Shown: piece after piece, positions 26,297 to 35,166 of the stretch
Position numbering within the stretch: the first letter of the stretch is position 1
How the letters are laid out: the number at the start of each line of letters is the position of its first letter
NCBI GenBank assembly: GCA_937924525.1
Contig: CALDSU010000002.1
Span: forward strand, 311,069-375,068
Source of the DNA: an uncultured Bryobacteraceae bacterium
Lineage (GTDB): Bacteria > Acidobacteriota > Terriglobia > Bryobacterales > Bryobacteraceae
Length of the DNA: 64,000 bases
Direction: 5' to 3'
Translations under genes and position numbers: made by a program
Notes under the pieces: generated by a model
Database searches by the model: none
Seen by the model: the letters and a program-made list of their open reading frames with translations, nothing else
Told to the model about the DNA's origin: nothing

Positions 26297-27669
26297 ACCG
26301 GCGCGCATTCCTCAGCGCTTGGCCGCTGGCCGCCGGCGCCGCGCAGCCGCGGGGCGCCAAGCCGCTCGAACAACTGGACACGCGGATGCCGCTCGCGGAG
26401 CGCATCCGCATGATCCAGACGTTCGTGCACGAGCGCCACTACAGTCCGAAGGGCCTGCTGTACTCTCACATCAACTTCGCCGAGGAGCGGCCGCACCGGC
26501 CCGGAGAACTTGCCGGCGCCGATCCTAATCCCCTCGGCGTGCCGCAGGAGGATCACTACAACTTCGAGAACAGCCCGATGAACTCGGGGATCTTTCTGGC
26601 TGGCCAGTGTTACCGCTACCTGGCCACGCGCGAACCGGAGGCGCTCGACTACGCCGCCAAGGCCTTTCGCTCGATCGAAGTGAATTACGAACTGGCCGAG
26701 CAGGCCGAGGGACGCGCCGTCGCCATCGACGGCGCCGAGCGCGCCACCGCCCGCGCGGGATGGATCTCGAAACCGTACGGCGAAATGCTCACCAACCAGA
26801 CCAGCACCGAGCAGAACTTCGGCGCGGTGTGGGGGATGTTCGTGTATCGCGGCATCGCGCCGGCGGCGGTGCGGAAGCGCATCGACGGGATGATCGTGCG
26901 CCTGGCCGACCTGTGGCGGGAGATGGGCTACAGCGTGAACTTCTTCGGCGAGCGCTGGGACTTTGAACGCTCCATGCCGCGCGCCCAGCGGCACATGCCC
27001 GTGTGGGCGTGGATCAATCGGGTCGCCGCTGAGGTCAGCGGCGAGCCGCGCTTCCGTCGCGAGTTCGAGCGGCTCGACGCCCTGTTCGGCGCGCTGCCGA
27101 CCCCCCGCCAAACCAACCTTGGCATGGGCCGCGAAACGTATGTCAGCACCGAAGATCGCACGTTCCACGACAAGGAAGTGATCACCGGCGACATGCTGAT
27201 CGACCTGGAGCCCGGGTCCGCGCCGCGCTATCTGCGCGGGATGACCAACTGGTGGCGGTTTGCACAGATCGCGCTGCGCGAGGATTTTTTCACGCCTTAC
27301 TACATCGAGTTGAACACGGTGACCGGGCAGTTCCGGCCGCTGCCCAAGTCCATCAAACCGCGCCCGCGCTGGAGCAGTCCCTCGCTGTGGGCCAACGGCG
27401 TGTTCCCGGTATGCTGGAGCGAGAATGCGGCGAGGCTAGCGGTGAGTTCGGCGGTTTTGGCTCGTCGCAACCCGGCCGGGCGAGATGCGGCGATGACCCT
27501 GTTATCGCGCTTACACGCTAGCTTGGATAAGTCTCTGCTGCGATACATGATCGACCCGGAGAACGCTCTTGAACCGACGCAGCGCTTCCTGACCAACCTG
27601 CTGAGCGGTGACGCGCTGGCGTACCATCCCACCGGATATTGGTACGGCCGGCTGCACGGACTATGGTGA
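26293..27669 (+). CDS. Tat-signal secreted protein of unknown function (helical, possibly alpha/alpha-barrel)
   Basis: 458 aa from ATG 26293 (ATGA overlap), the real part of the 24847..27669 ORF. MNRRAFLSAWPLAAGAAQ N-terminus. No family recognised by eye. Confidence 0.65.
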   Translation: MNRRAFLSAWPLAAGAAQPRGAKPLEQLDTRMPLAERIRMIQTFVHERHYSPKGLLYSHINFAEERPHRPGELAGADPNPLGVPQEDHYNFENSPMNSGIFLAGQCYRYLATREPEALDYAAKAFRSIEVNYELAEQAEGRAVAIDGAERATARAGWISKPYGEMLTNQTSTEQNFGAVWGMFVYRGIAPAAVRKRIDGMIVRLADLWREMGYSVNFFGERWDFERSMPRAQRHMPVWAWINRVAAEVSGEPRFRREFERLDALFGALPTPRQTNLGMGRETYVSTEDRTFHDKEVITGDMLIDLEPGSAPRYLRGMTNWWRFAQIALREDFFTPYYIELNTVTGQFRPLPKSIKPRPRWSSPSLWANGVFPVCWSENAARLAVSSAVLARRNPAGRDAAMTLLSRLHASLDKSLLRYMIDPENALEPTQRFLTNLLSGDALAYHPTGYWYGRLHGLW

Positions 27670-27693
27670 GCCGGGGTGCGTACAACGCCGGCG

Positions 27694-28332
27694 TCAGATG
27701 GTCGAGATGCGGTGGTTGACCAGCGACAGGAACTCGTCGCGCGTCTTCTTCCGGGTGCGGAAGGCGCCGAGCATCGCGCTGGTGATGGCGCCCGAATGCT
27801 GCTTTTCCACGCCCCGCATCATCATGCAGAAGTGGCGGGCTTCGCAGACCACCCCGACGCCCAGCGGTTCAATCAGGTTCTGCACCGCCTGCGCGACCTC
27901 CTGCGTCAGCCGCTCCTGGATTTGCAGGCGGCGCGCGTACACATCCACGATACGCGGAATCTTGCTGAGGCCGATGACCCTCTGCTTGGGCAAATACGCG
28001 ATGTGCATCTTGCCGAAGAACGGCAGCATATGGTGCTCGCACAGGCTGAAGAACTCAATATCCTTGACGATCACCATCTCGTCGTACTTCACGCTGAACA
28101 GCGCGCCATTGACCACCTTCTCCAGGTCCATGGCATAGCCGCTGGTGAGGAACTGCATCGCCTTCCCGACGCGATGCGGGGTGCGAACCAGGCCCTCGCG
28201 CGTGGGATCCTCGCCCAGGTGGACGAGCATTTCCCGCACGATATCTTCCAGGCGATCTTCTCCCGCTGCGGCCCCTTCCTCTTTCGCCGCCGGCTTGACC
28301 GACGGCAACACCTGCACGTTAGCGCGATTCAT
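27694..28332 (-). CDS. folE: GTP cyclohydrolase I (FolE type 1)
   Basis: [50 protein letters not shown]. The start is uncertain: ATG 28332, ATG 28347 or TTG 28356, and all three overlap the upstream PTPS gene end (28319). Confidence 0.85.
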   Translation of the reverse strand: MNRANVQVLPSVKPAAKEEGAAAGEDRLEDIVREMLVHLGEDPTREGLVRTPHRVGKAMQFLTSGYAMDLEKVVNGALFSVKYDEMVIVKDIEFFSLCEHHMLPFFGKMHIAYLPKQRVIGLSKIPRIVDVYARRLQIQERLTQEVAQAVQNLIEPLGVGVVCEARHFCMMMRGVEKQHSGAITSAMLGAFRTRKKTRDEFLSLVNHRISTI

Positions 28333-28750
28333 TTTGAGAGCACCCATCCACCTCAAAGATGTTCCGCTCGGTTTCCGCGATGCGGATCTTTTCGAGCCGC
28401 GGCCACCCGGCGGGCCACTGCTCCCGCAGCCGCCGCTCAGCCACCAGCGCGACGTTTTCCGTGGTCGGCACGAGCGAGGCGAACTCGGCGACCTGGGTGT
28501 TCAAATGGCGGTGGTCGAAGGGCTCGAGCACCACGCGCTGGACGAGTTGGTCGAGAAGGGTCAGGTCCACCGCGCGTCCGGTCTCCACATCCACGGGACC
28601 GCGCACGCTGACCTCGAGGACGTAATTGTGGCCATGCCCGAACGGATTATTGCACTTTCCGTAGATGCGCTGGTTCTCTTCCGGGCCTAGCTGCGGAGCA
28701 TGCAGACGGTGGGACGCGGCGAAGGCGTAACGCCGGGTAACGCGAACCAT
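28319..28750 (-). CDS. 6-pyruvoyl-tetrahydropterin synthase family protein (eukaryote-like PTPS motif set, catalytic Cys present)
   Basis: 143 aa. ASHRLH...[19 protein letters not shown]...EPFDHRHLN closely parallels the mammalian PTPS active-site segments (Zn His triad, Cys, Asp-His). Confidence 0.85.
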   Translation of the reverse strand: MVRVTRRYAFAASHRLHAPQLGPEENQRIYGKCNNPFGHGHNYVLEVSVRGPVDVETGRAVDLTLLDQLVQRVVLEPFDHRHLNTQVAEFASLVPTTENVALVAERRLREQWPAGWPRLEKIRIAETERNIFEVDGCSQNESR

Positions 28751-28752
28751 AG

Positions 28753-29163
28753 CTATTCTCCAAAGTAATCCGCGAACAGATCCGGGGTTTCGTACACGCG
28801 GACGCGATGCAGGCGTCCCGGACCGCCGGACAGCGGCGCTTCCAGGCGCCGCCAGATCTCGATGGCCAGATTCTCCACCGTGGGCACTACGCGGTCGAAG
28901 GGGGGCACCTCGCGATTCAGCAGGCGGTGGTCCATGGGATCGACCACCTCCCGGTTCAGGATCTCTTTCAGTTCCTTCAGGTCGATGACCATGCCGGTGA
29001 CCGGATCGGGCTGCCCGTCGAGGGTGACCTCGATCACGTAGTTGTGTCCATGTCCGTGCGGGTTGGCGGCTTCGCCATAGAGCCGGCGGTTCTCCTCTGC
29101 CGTCAGGCGGGGCAGCGCGCAGACGTGCGAGGCGGAGAATTCGACTTTGCGGGTAATCAACAT
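28753..29163 (-). CDS. 6-pyruvoyl-tetrahydropterin synthase/QueD family paralog lacking the catalytic Cys
   Basis: 136 aa. SASHVCALP...ENRRLYGEAANPHGHGHNY...DPMDHRLLN has the same spacing as the neighbouring copy, but GKC is replaced by GEA. A 2-nt gap precedes the next gene. Confidence 0.8.
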   Translation of the reverse strand: MLITRKVEFSASHVCALPRLTAEENRRLYGEAANPHGHGHNYVIEVTLDGQPDPVTGMVIDLKELKEILNREVVDPMDHRLLNREVPPFDRVVPTVENLAIEIWRRLEAPLSGGPGRLHRVRVYETPDLFADYFGE

Positions 29164-29220
29164 GCCAAGCGTAGGGATGCCCTGCGCCGCGCAGAGGATA
29201 CACTAAGATTATAAACTTCC

Positions 29221-29742
29221 ATGCAAAGCGGGATGTTGGACCGGGTTTTAAAGGGCGCGATCGCGCTGCTGGTGATGGCGCTGCTGTGGGTGATCTCCGG
29301 GGCGTTCCGGGAACGGCTGGTGGTGGTGGGGGATACCGCGCCCGATTTCTCCGTGGTCGCCGAGAACGGGAAAGCGATCCGGCCGAGGGATTTCGGGGGG
29401 AAGCTGCTGCTACTGAACTTCTGGGCGACCTGGTGCCCGCCCTGCGTGGACGAAATGCCCTCGCTTGAGCAACTCCATCGCACGCTCGGACCCAAGGGAC
29501 TGGTGGTGTTCGGCCTGAGCGTCGACAAGGACGAACAGGTGTACCGGCGGTTTCTCGAGCAGGCGAAGATCTCCTTCCCCACCGCGCGCGACAACGGCCA
29601 GCGGATCAACCTGGAATACGGCACCGTCAAATTTCCGGAAACATATATCATCAGCCGGGAGGGGAAGGTGCTGCGGAAGATCATCAGCTCGCGCGATTGG
29701 ATGGCGCCCAACATCCTTCAGGATCTGGAATCCCTTCTCTAG
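29221..29742 (+). CDS. TlpA-like thiol:disulfide oxidoreductase (membrane-anchored thioredoxin-fold redoxin)
   Basis: 173 aa. N-terminal anchor AIALLVMALLWVISGAF and the active site NFWATWCPPCVDEMP. Confidence 0.8.
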   Translation: MQSGMLDRVLKGAIALLVMALLWVISGAFRERLVVVGDTAPDFSVVAENGKAIRPRDFGGKLLLLNFWATWCPPCVDEMPSLEQLHRTLGPKGLVVFGLSVDKDEQVYRRFLEQAKISFPTARDNGQRINLEYGTVKFPETYIISREGKVLRKIISSRDWMAPNILQDLESLL

Positions 29743-29746
29743 AGAA

Positions 29747-31186
29747 ATGCCCATGCTCTCTGCCGAAGCGAAGCGCAAACTGGCGGCCGTGGTGGGGCCG
29801 CAAGGCTATCTCGACCAGCCCGAGGACCTGCTCCTTTACGAGTACGACGGCGGCGTGGACAAGGCGCGGCCGGAAATGGTGGTGTTTCCGCGCTCCACGG
29901 AGGACGTCGTCGCAATTGTCAGGATTTCCAAGGAGTACGGCTTTCCCATCGTCGGGCGCGGCGCGGGCACCGGGCTCAGCGGCGGGGCCATTCCGCGCAT
30001 GGGCGGGGTGATTATCGGCTTTTCCCGGATGAACCGCATCCTGGAAATCGACCTCGCCAACGAACGCGCGGTGGTGCAGCCCGGGGTGGTGAACCTGGAC
30101 CTGACCGTCGCAGTGCAGGGCGATCAGTATTTTTTTGCGCCCGACCCGTCCAGCCAGAAAGCGTGCACGCTGGGCGGCAACGTGGCGGAAAACGCCGGCG
30201 GTCCGCACACGCTCGCTTATGGCGTGACCACCAATCATGTACTGGGCCTGGAATTCGTCACGCCCGACGGCGAGGTCTTCACCACCGGCGGCAAAGAAGC
30301 GGACCTGCCTGGCTACGACCTCACAGGGTTGCTCACCGGCTCGGAGGGCACCATGGTGTTGGTGACCAAGGTGGTGGTCCGCCTGATGCGCCAGCCGGAG
30401 ATGGTCAAGACGCTGCTGGCGATCTACAACTCCACCGACGACTGCGCCAACACCGTCGCCGAGATCACGGCGCGGGCGATTACGCCGGTGGCGGTGGAAA
30501 TGCTGGACGGCGTGATGCTGCGCATGGTGGAGGAAGCGACTCACGCCGGTTTTCCCCTGGACGCGGCGGCCGTGCTGCTGATCGAGTTGGAAGGGCTGTC
30601 CGAAGCGGTGCTCGAGCAGGTGGAGCAGATTCGCGAGGTCTGCCTCGCCTGCCAGGCGCGCGAGGTCCGCGTCGCGAAAAACGCCGAGGAGCGAGACCTG
30701 CTCTGGAAAGGCCGCAAGAACGCGTTCGGCGCGGTGGGCCGGGTGAGTCCCACCTACTATGTGCAGGACGGCGTGGTGCCGCGGACCCAGATCGCCCCGA
30801 CGTTGCGCTTCATCGGGCAGACGGGCGCCAAGTACGGACTCACCATCAGCAACATCTTCCACGCGGGCGACGGCAATATGCACCCGATCATCCTGTTCGA
30901 CCCGCGCCAGCCGGGCGATCTCGAGAAAGCCCAAAGAGCGGGCGAGGAAATTCTCGACTATTGCATCTCGGTGGGAGGCTCGATTACCGGCGAGCACGGC
31001 GTGGGCATGGAGAAGACGGAATTGATGCCGCACCTGTTTACCGAGGAGACCTTGGCCATGATGCGGCGCTTCAAGGAATTGTTTGATCCGGAGGGACGGT
31101 TGAACCCGGGCAAAATGCTGCCTACGGGGAGAGGCTGCCTGGAGATCCGCCAGCCCGCCCTCGGCCCCTCCTCGATCGTCTACTAG
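29747..31186 (+). CDS. FAD-linked oxidase (GlcD / D-lactate dehydrogenase family)
   Basis: 479 aa. FAD-binding PCMH-type N-domain (VVFPRSTEDVVAIVRISKEYGFPIVGRGAGTGLSGG) and C-terminal GGSITGEHGVGMEK. Confidence 0.85.
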   Translation: MPMLSAEAKRKLAAVVGPQGYLDQPEDLLLYEYDGGVDKARPEMVVFPRSTEDVVAIVRISKEYGFPIVGRGAGTGLSGGAIPRMGGVIIGFSRMNRILEIDLANERAVVQPGVVNLDLTVAVQGDQYFFAPDPSSQKACTLGGNVAENAGGPHTLAYGVTTNHVLGLEFVTPDGEVFTTGGKEADLPGYDLTGLLTGSEGTMVLVTKVVVRLMRQPEMVKTLLAIYNSTDDCANTVAEITARAITPVAVEMLDGVMLRMVEEATHAGFPLDAAAVLLIELEGLSEAVLEQVEQIREVCLACQAREVRVAKNAEERDLLWKGRKNAFGAVGRVSPTYYVQDGVVPRTQIAPTLRFIGQTGAKYGLTISNIFHAGDGNMHPIILFDPRQPGDLEKAQRAGEEILDYCISVGGSITGEHGVGMEKTELMPHLFTEETLAMMRRFKELFDPEGRLNPGKMLPTGRGCLEIRQPALGPSSIVY

Positions 31187-33073
31187 ATGATTTCCAAGCG
31201 TCAGATGGTGGCGTGCCGGCGCTGGCTCTTGCACGGCATCGACCAGCCCTCCGGGCCGCATGGGCGCGCGCACGGCACCCACCCCTGGTGGCAGGTGATG
31301 TGCCTCACCGGAGTGGACTACTTCTCCACGCTGGGATATCAGCCAGGCATCGCGTACCTGGCGGCGCACTCGCTCTCGCCTTTCGCCACGCTGATTCTGG
31401 TGCTGGTTACCCTGTTCGGGGCCTATCCGGTATACGCGCGGGTCGCCCAGGCCAGTCCGGACGGCCAAGGCAGCCTCTCGATGCTCGAACGCCTGTTCCC
31501 GCGCTGGCGAGGCAAGGCGATGGTGCTCGCGCTGCTGGGGTTTGCCGCCACCGATTTCGTCATCACCATGACGCTTTCGGCGGCCGACGCCACCGCGCAC
31601 ATCCTCGAAAACCCCTTCGCTCCCGCAGCGATGCAGCATCCCGTGCTGATCACGCTGGTCCTGCTGGCGCTGCTCGGGGCCGTGTTTCTGAAAGGGTTTC
31701 GCGAGGCCCTCGGGCTGGCCGTCGGCCTGGTGATCACTTACCTGACGCTCAACCTGATCGTCGTGCTGGTGGCTTTGGGCGAGGTCGCCACCCACTTGGA
31801 AGTGTGGGGCGGCTGGGAGCGGCTGCTTTGGAAGGAACATGCATCCGTATGGGAGATGGCGGGAGTGGCTTTGATCCTGTTTCCCAAGCTGGCGCTGGGC
31901 CTTTCCGGCTTTGAGACCGGCGTGACGGTGATGCCCCTGGTGCACGGACCCGAGGCGGAGCGGGTCCGCGGAACCCGGCGCCTGCTGCGCACCGCGGCGC
32001 TCATCATGAGCTTTTTCCTGCTGACGTCCAGCCTGGTGACCACGGTGCTGATCGAGCCCGCCAAGTTCGAACGCGGCGGCGAGGCCAATGGTCGCGCGCT
32101 CGCCTACCTGGCGCACCGTTACCTGGGGGACTGGTTCGGCACGCTCTACGATGTCTCGACCATGGCGATCCTCTGGTTCGCCGGCGCTTCGGCGATGGCG
32201 GGCTTGCTCAACCTGGTGCCGAAATACCTGCCGCGCTACGGCATGGCCCCGGAATGGGCCAAAGCTTCGCGCCCGCTCGTGCTGGTCTTCATGGCCATCA
32301 GCTTCGCCGTCACCATAATCTTTGAAGCCTCCGTGGACGCGCAGGGCGGCGCCTACGCTACAGGCGTACTGGTGCTGATGTGTTCGGCGGCCATCGCGGT
32401 CACGGTCAGCCGTCCGCCCGGCCGGTCGCGTTGGCCGTATTACGGCATCTCGGCGGTGTTCGTCTACACCACCATCCTGAACATGGTGGAGCGTCCCGAG
32501 GGGATCAAGGTCGCCTCCGTGTTCATTTTCCTGACCGTGACGCTCTCGCTGATCTCCCGGGCGGCGCGCGCCACGGAACTGCGGGTGGTGCGTATCGAAT
32601 TCGACGAAGAAGCCTGGCGCATCCTGCGCGCGCATGCGGACCAGGTAGTGCGAGTGATCGCCCACCGCCCCGGCGAGGGGACGCGGGACGAGTACGCGCG
32701 GAAGGACCGTACGGCACGCGAGTCCCACCATCTGAGCCCCGCCGATGACCTGATCTTTCTCGAAATCTACCAGACGGACGCCAGCGACTTTGACGCGCCC
32801 CTGCACGTGCGGGGCGTGCACGTAGGGCCCTATCGAATCCTGCGCGGCGAGAGCCCCGCCATTCCCAACGCCATTGCCGCGCTGCTGATCCAAATCGGCC
32901 GGATGACGGGCAAACTGCCCCACGCGTACTTCGGCTGGACGGAAGGCAACCCCATCGGGTATCTTTTCCGGTACCTGTTCTTGGGCGAGGGCGATGTCGC
33001 CCCGGTCACCCGGGAGGTGCTCCGCCAGCGGATTGCCGACCCGGCCAAGCGCCCGTACATCCACGTAACCTGA
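31187..33073 (+). CDS. APC-superfamily-like permease with a large C-terminal cytoplasmic domain
   Basis: 628 aa. About 12 TM helices followed by a soluble domain of about 190 aa. The ATG directly abuts the upstream TAG (31184-31189 TAGATG). Substrate unknown. Confidence 0.65.
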   Translation: MISKRQMVACRRWLLHGIDQPSGPHGRAHGTHPWWQVMCLTGVDYFSTLGYQPGIAYLAAHSLSPFATLILVLVTLFGAYPVYARVAQASPDGQGSLSMLERLFPRWRGKAMVLALLGFAATDFVITMTLSAADATAHILENPFAPAAMQHPVLITLVLLALLGAVFLKGFREALGLAVGLVITYLTLNLIVVLVALGEVATHLEVWGGWERLLWKEHASVWEMAGVALILFPKLALGLSGFETGVTVMPLVHGPEAERVRGTRRLLRTAALIMSFFLLTSSLVTTVLIEPAKFERGGEANGRALAYLAHRYLGDWFGTLYDVSTMAILWFAGASAMAGLLNLVPKYLPRYGMAPEWAKASRPLVLVFMAISFAVTIIFEASVDAQGGAYATGVLVLMCSAAIAVTVSRPPGRSRWPYYGISAVFVYTTILNMVERPEGIKVASVFIFLTVTLSLISRAARATELRVVRIEFDEEAWRILRAHADQVVRVIAHRPGEGTRDEYARKDRTARESHHLSPADDLIFLEIYQTDASDFDAPLHVRGVHVGPYRILRGESPAIPNAIAALLIQIGRMTGKLPHAYFGWTEGNPIGYLFRYLFLGEGDVAPVTREVLRQRIADPAKRPYIHVT

Positions 33074-33089
33074 ACCCGCGAGCCGCACG

Positions 33090-35018
33090 ATGGTCCAACT
33101 CGAGTCTGCCGCCAAATGGTACGGAGCCAAGGTGCTGTTCGAAGACGTGCAGTGGATGATCACGCCCCAGGACCGCGTGGGATTGGTGGGCGCGAACGGG
33201 ACGGGCAAGTCGTCGCTGCTCAAGGTGCTGGGCGGCATGGAGACCCTGGACCGCGGCGCCTTGCACGTGGCCCGCGGCGTCACGCTTGGTTACCTGCCTC
33301 AGGATGGGTTGACGCTCTCCGGCCGCACGGTGTTCGCCGAATGCCTCTCCGTGTTCGACCGCCTTCGGGCGCTCGAGCGCGAGCAGGAGGAACTGGCGCG
33401 GCGGCTGAGCGAACTGGATCCTGCGAGCGCCGCCTACGCCGAGGCGGCCGAGCGGTTTCACCATGCCGACACCGCCTTTCGCGGCCACGGCGGCTACACC
33501 ATTGACGCGCAGGTGGGTGCGGTGCTGACCGGACTCGGCTTCGCGCCCGCCGACTGGAACCGGCGCACCGAGGAGTTCTCCGGCGGCTGGCAAATGCGGA
33601 TCGCCTTGGCCAAGCTGCTGCTCGAAAAGCCCAACCTGCTGCTGCTGGACGAGCCGACCAACCACCTCGATCTGGAAGCGCGCAACTGGCTGGAATCGTA
33701 CCTCTCCGCTTATCCGCACGCCTTCGTGCTGGTTTCGCACGACCGCTACTTCCTTGACGTCACCGTCAAGCGCATTGTCGAACTCTGGAACAAAAAGCTG
33801 CACAGCTACCCGGGCGGTTACTCCGACTACGAGCGGCAAAAAGACGAGCGGCGCGCCCAGTTGCTGGCCGCTCACGCCAGCCAGCGCGAGCGCGCCGCAC
33901 AACTCGAGGCATTCATCAACCGCTTCCGCTACCAGGCTTCGAAGGCCAAGCAGGTGCAAAGCCGGATCAAGGAACTCGAGCGCATGGAGAGAATCGAGAT
34001 TCCCCCGGAAGAGAAAACGATCCACTTCCGCTTTCCCCAGCCCCGGCCGAGCGGACGCGTGGTGGCCGAGTTCCGGGACGTCTCGAAGAGCTATGGCGCC
34101 AAGTGCGTGCTTTCCCACGTGAGCTTTCTGATCGAACGCGGCGACCGGATCGCCCTCGTGGGCGTGAATGGGGCGGGGAAGTCGACGCTCATCAAACTGC
34201 TGGCGGGAATCGAACCGCTGACCGCGGGCGAGTACGCCCTGGGACACAACGCCGATCCGGATTACTTCGCGCAGGACCAGTACAAGGAACTCGACCCGGC
34301 GGCGCGCATGATTGATGATCTGGGTTCGGTGGCGCCGCGCGCCACCCAGACGGAGTTGCGTTCCATCCTCGGGTGTTTTTTGTTCTCCGAGGACGACGTG
34401 TTCAAGCAGATCGGTGTTCTGTCGGGCGGCGAGCGCAACCGGTACGCGCTGGCCAGAATGCTGATGCACCCGTCGAATTTCCTGCTGTTGGACGAGCCCA
34501 CCAACCACCTGGACCTGCGCGCCAAGGACGTGCTGCTGCGGGCGCTGCTGGACTACCAGGGCACGCTGGTCTTCGTGTCACACGACCGCTACTTCATCGA
34601 CCGGCTGGCCACGCGGGTGTTCGAAGTGGCCGGCGGCGGTGTCGCGATCTATCCGGGTAACTACGAAGAGTACCTGTGGAAGAAGGAGGCGGAGGCGCAA
34701 TCCGCCGCCGGGACGCCGCCGCCGGTGCCTTCGCCTCACGTCATCGAAACGCCCGCCCCCGCTACCGCTCCGGAAGCCAAGGCGAAGCGTTTGAATCCCA
34801 TCAAGCTGCGCCAGATGGAAGCTCGCTGCGGGGAACTCGAAGAGCGGGTGAGCGCATGTGAAGCGGAAATCGCGCAACTGGAACGAGAACTCGGCAGTTT
34901 CCAGAGCATGGATCATACGCGCTCGCTGACCGAAGCGCTCGCCGAACGCCGCGCGGCGCTGGAAGCGTTGTTGCGCGAATGGGAAGAGCTGTCCACGGAA
35001 CTGGAAGCGAACCGGTAA
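33090..35018 (+). CDS. ABC-F family ATPase (no membrane domain)
   Basis: 642 aa with two cassettes: GANGTGKSS / LSGGWQMRIALAKLL / LLLLDEPTNHLD and GVNGAGKST / LSGGERNRYALARML / LLLDEPTNHLD. C-terminal coiled coil. Confidence 0.9.
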   Translation: MVQLESAAKWYGAKVLFEDVQWMITPQDRVGLVGANGTGKSSLLKVLGGMETLDRGALHVARGVTLGYLPQDGLTLSGRTVFAECLSVFDRLRALEREQEELARRLSELDPASAAYAEAAERFHHADTAFRGHGGYTIDAQVGAVLTGLGFAPADWNRRTEEFSGGWQMRIALAKLLLEKPNLLLLDEPTNHLDLEARNWLESYLSAYPHAFVLVSHDRYFLDVTVKRIVELWNKKLHSYPGGYSDYERQKDERRAQLLAAHASQRERAAQLEAFINRFRYQASKAKQVQSRIKELERMERIEIPPEEKTIHFRFPQPRPSGRVVAEFRDVSKSYGAKCVLSHVSFLIERGDRIALVGVNGAGKSTLIKLLAGIEPLTAGEYALGHNADPDYFAQDQYKELDPAARMIDDLGSVAPRATQTELRSILGCFLFSEDDVFKQIGVLSGGERNRYALARMLMHPSNFLLLDEPTNHLDLRAKDVLLRALLDYQGTLVFVSHDRYFIDRLATRVFEVAGGGVAIYPGNYEEYLWKKEAEAQSAAGTPPPVPSPHVIETPAPATAPEAKAKRLNPIKLRQMEARCGELEERVSACEAEIAQLERELGSFQSMDHTRSLTEALAERRAALEALLREWEELSTELEANR

Positions 35019-35166
35019 GCGCGGCGCCTTACAGGTGCACCTCGGTGTCCCGCCAGACGCGCCCGTGGGGGACGCGACGCCCGTCACGATCCGGATTGGC
35101 GGCCGGTCGAGCCCATCCGGTGTAACGGTGGCGGTCCGGTAGTCCCGTTCCCGCGGCAACCAGCGC

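Noticed and set aside
24847-27669. 940-aa plus-strand ORF apparently covering the Kelch end, the MFS gene and the downstream gene
   Set aside because: Only the last 458 codons (from ATG 26293, ATGA-coupled) look like protein. The upstream part is an out-of-frame read-through of the MFS gene, giving Arg/Pro/Gly-rich nonsense.
29684-33283. 1199-aa minus-strand ORF antisense to the GlcD-like and APC-like genes
   Set aside because: Shadow ORF. It has no motifs and an extreme Arg/His/Gly composition, while the sense strand has clear FAD-oxidase and permease features.
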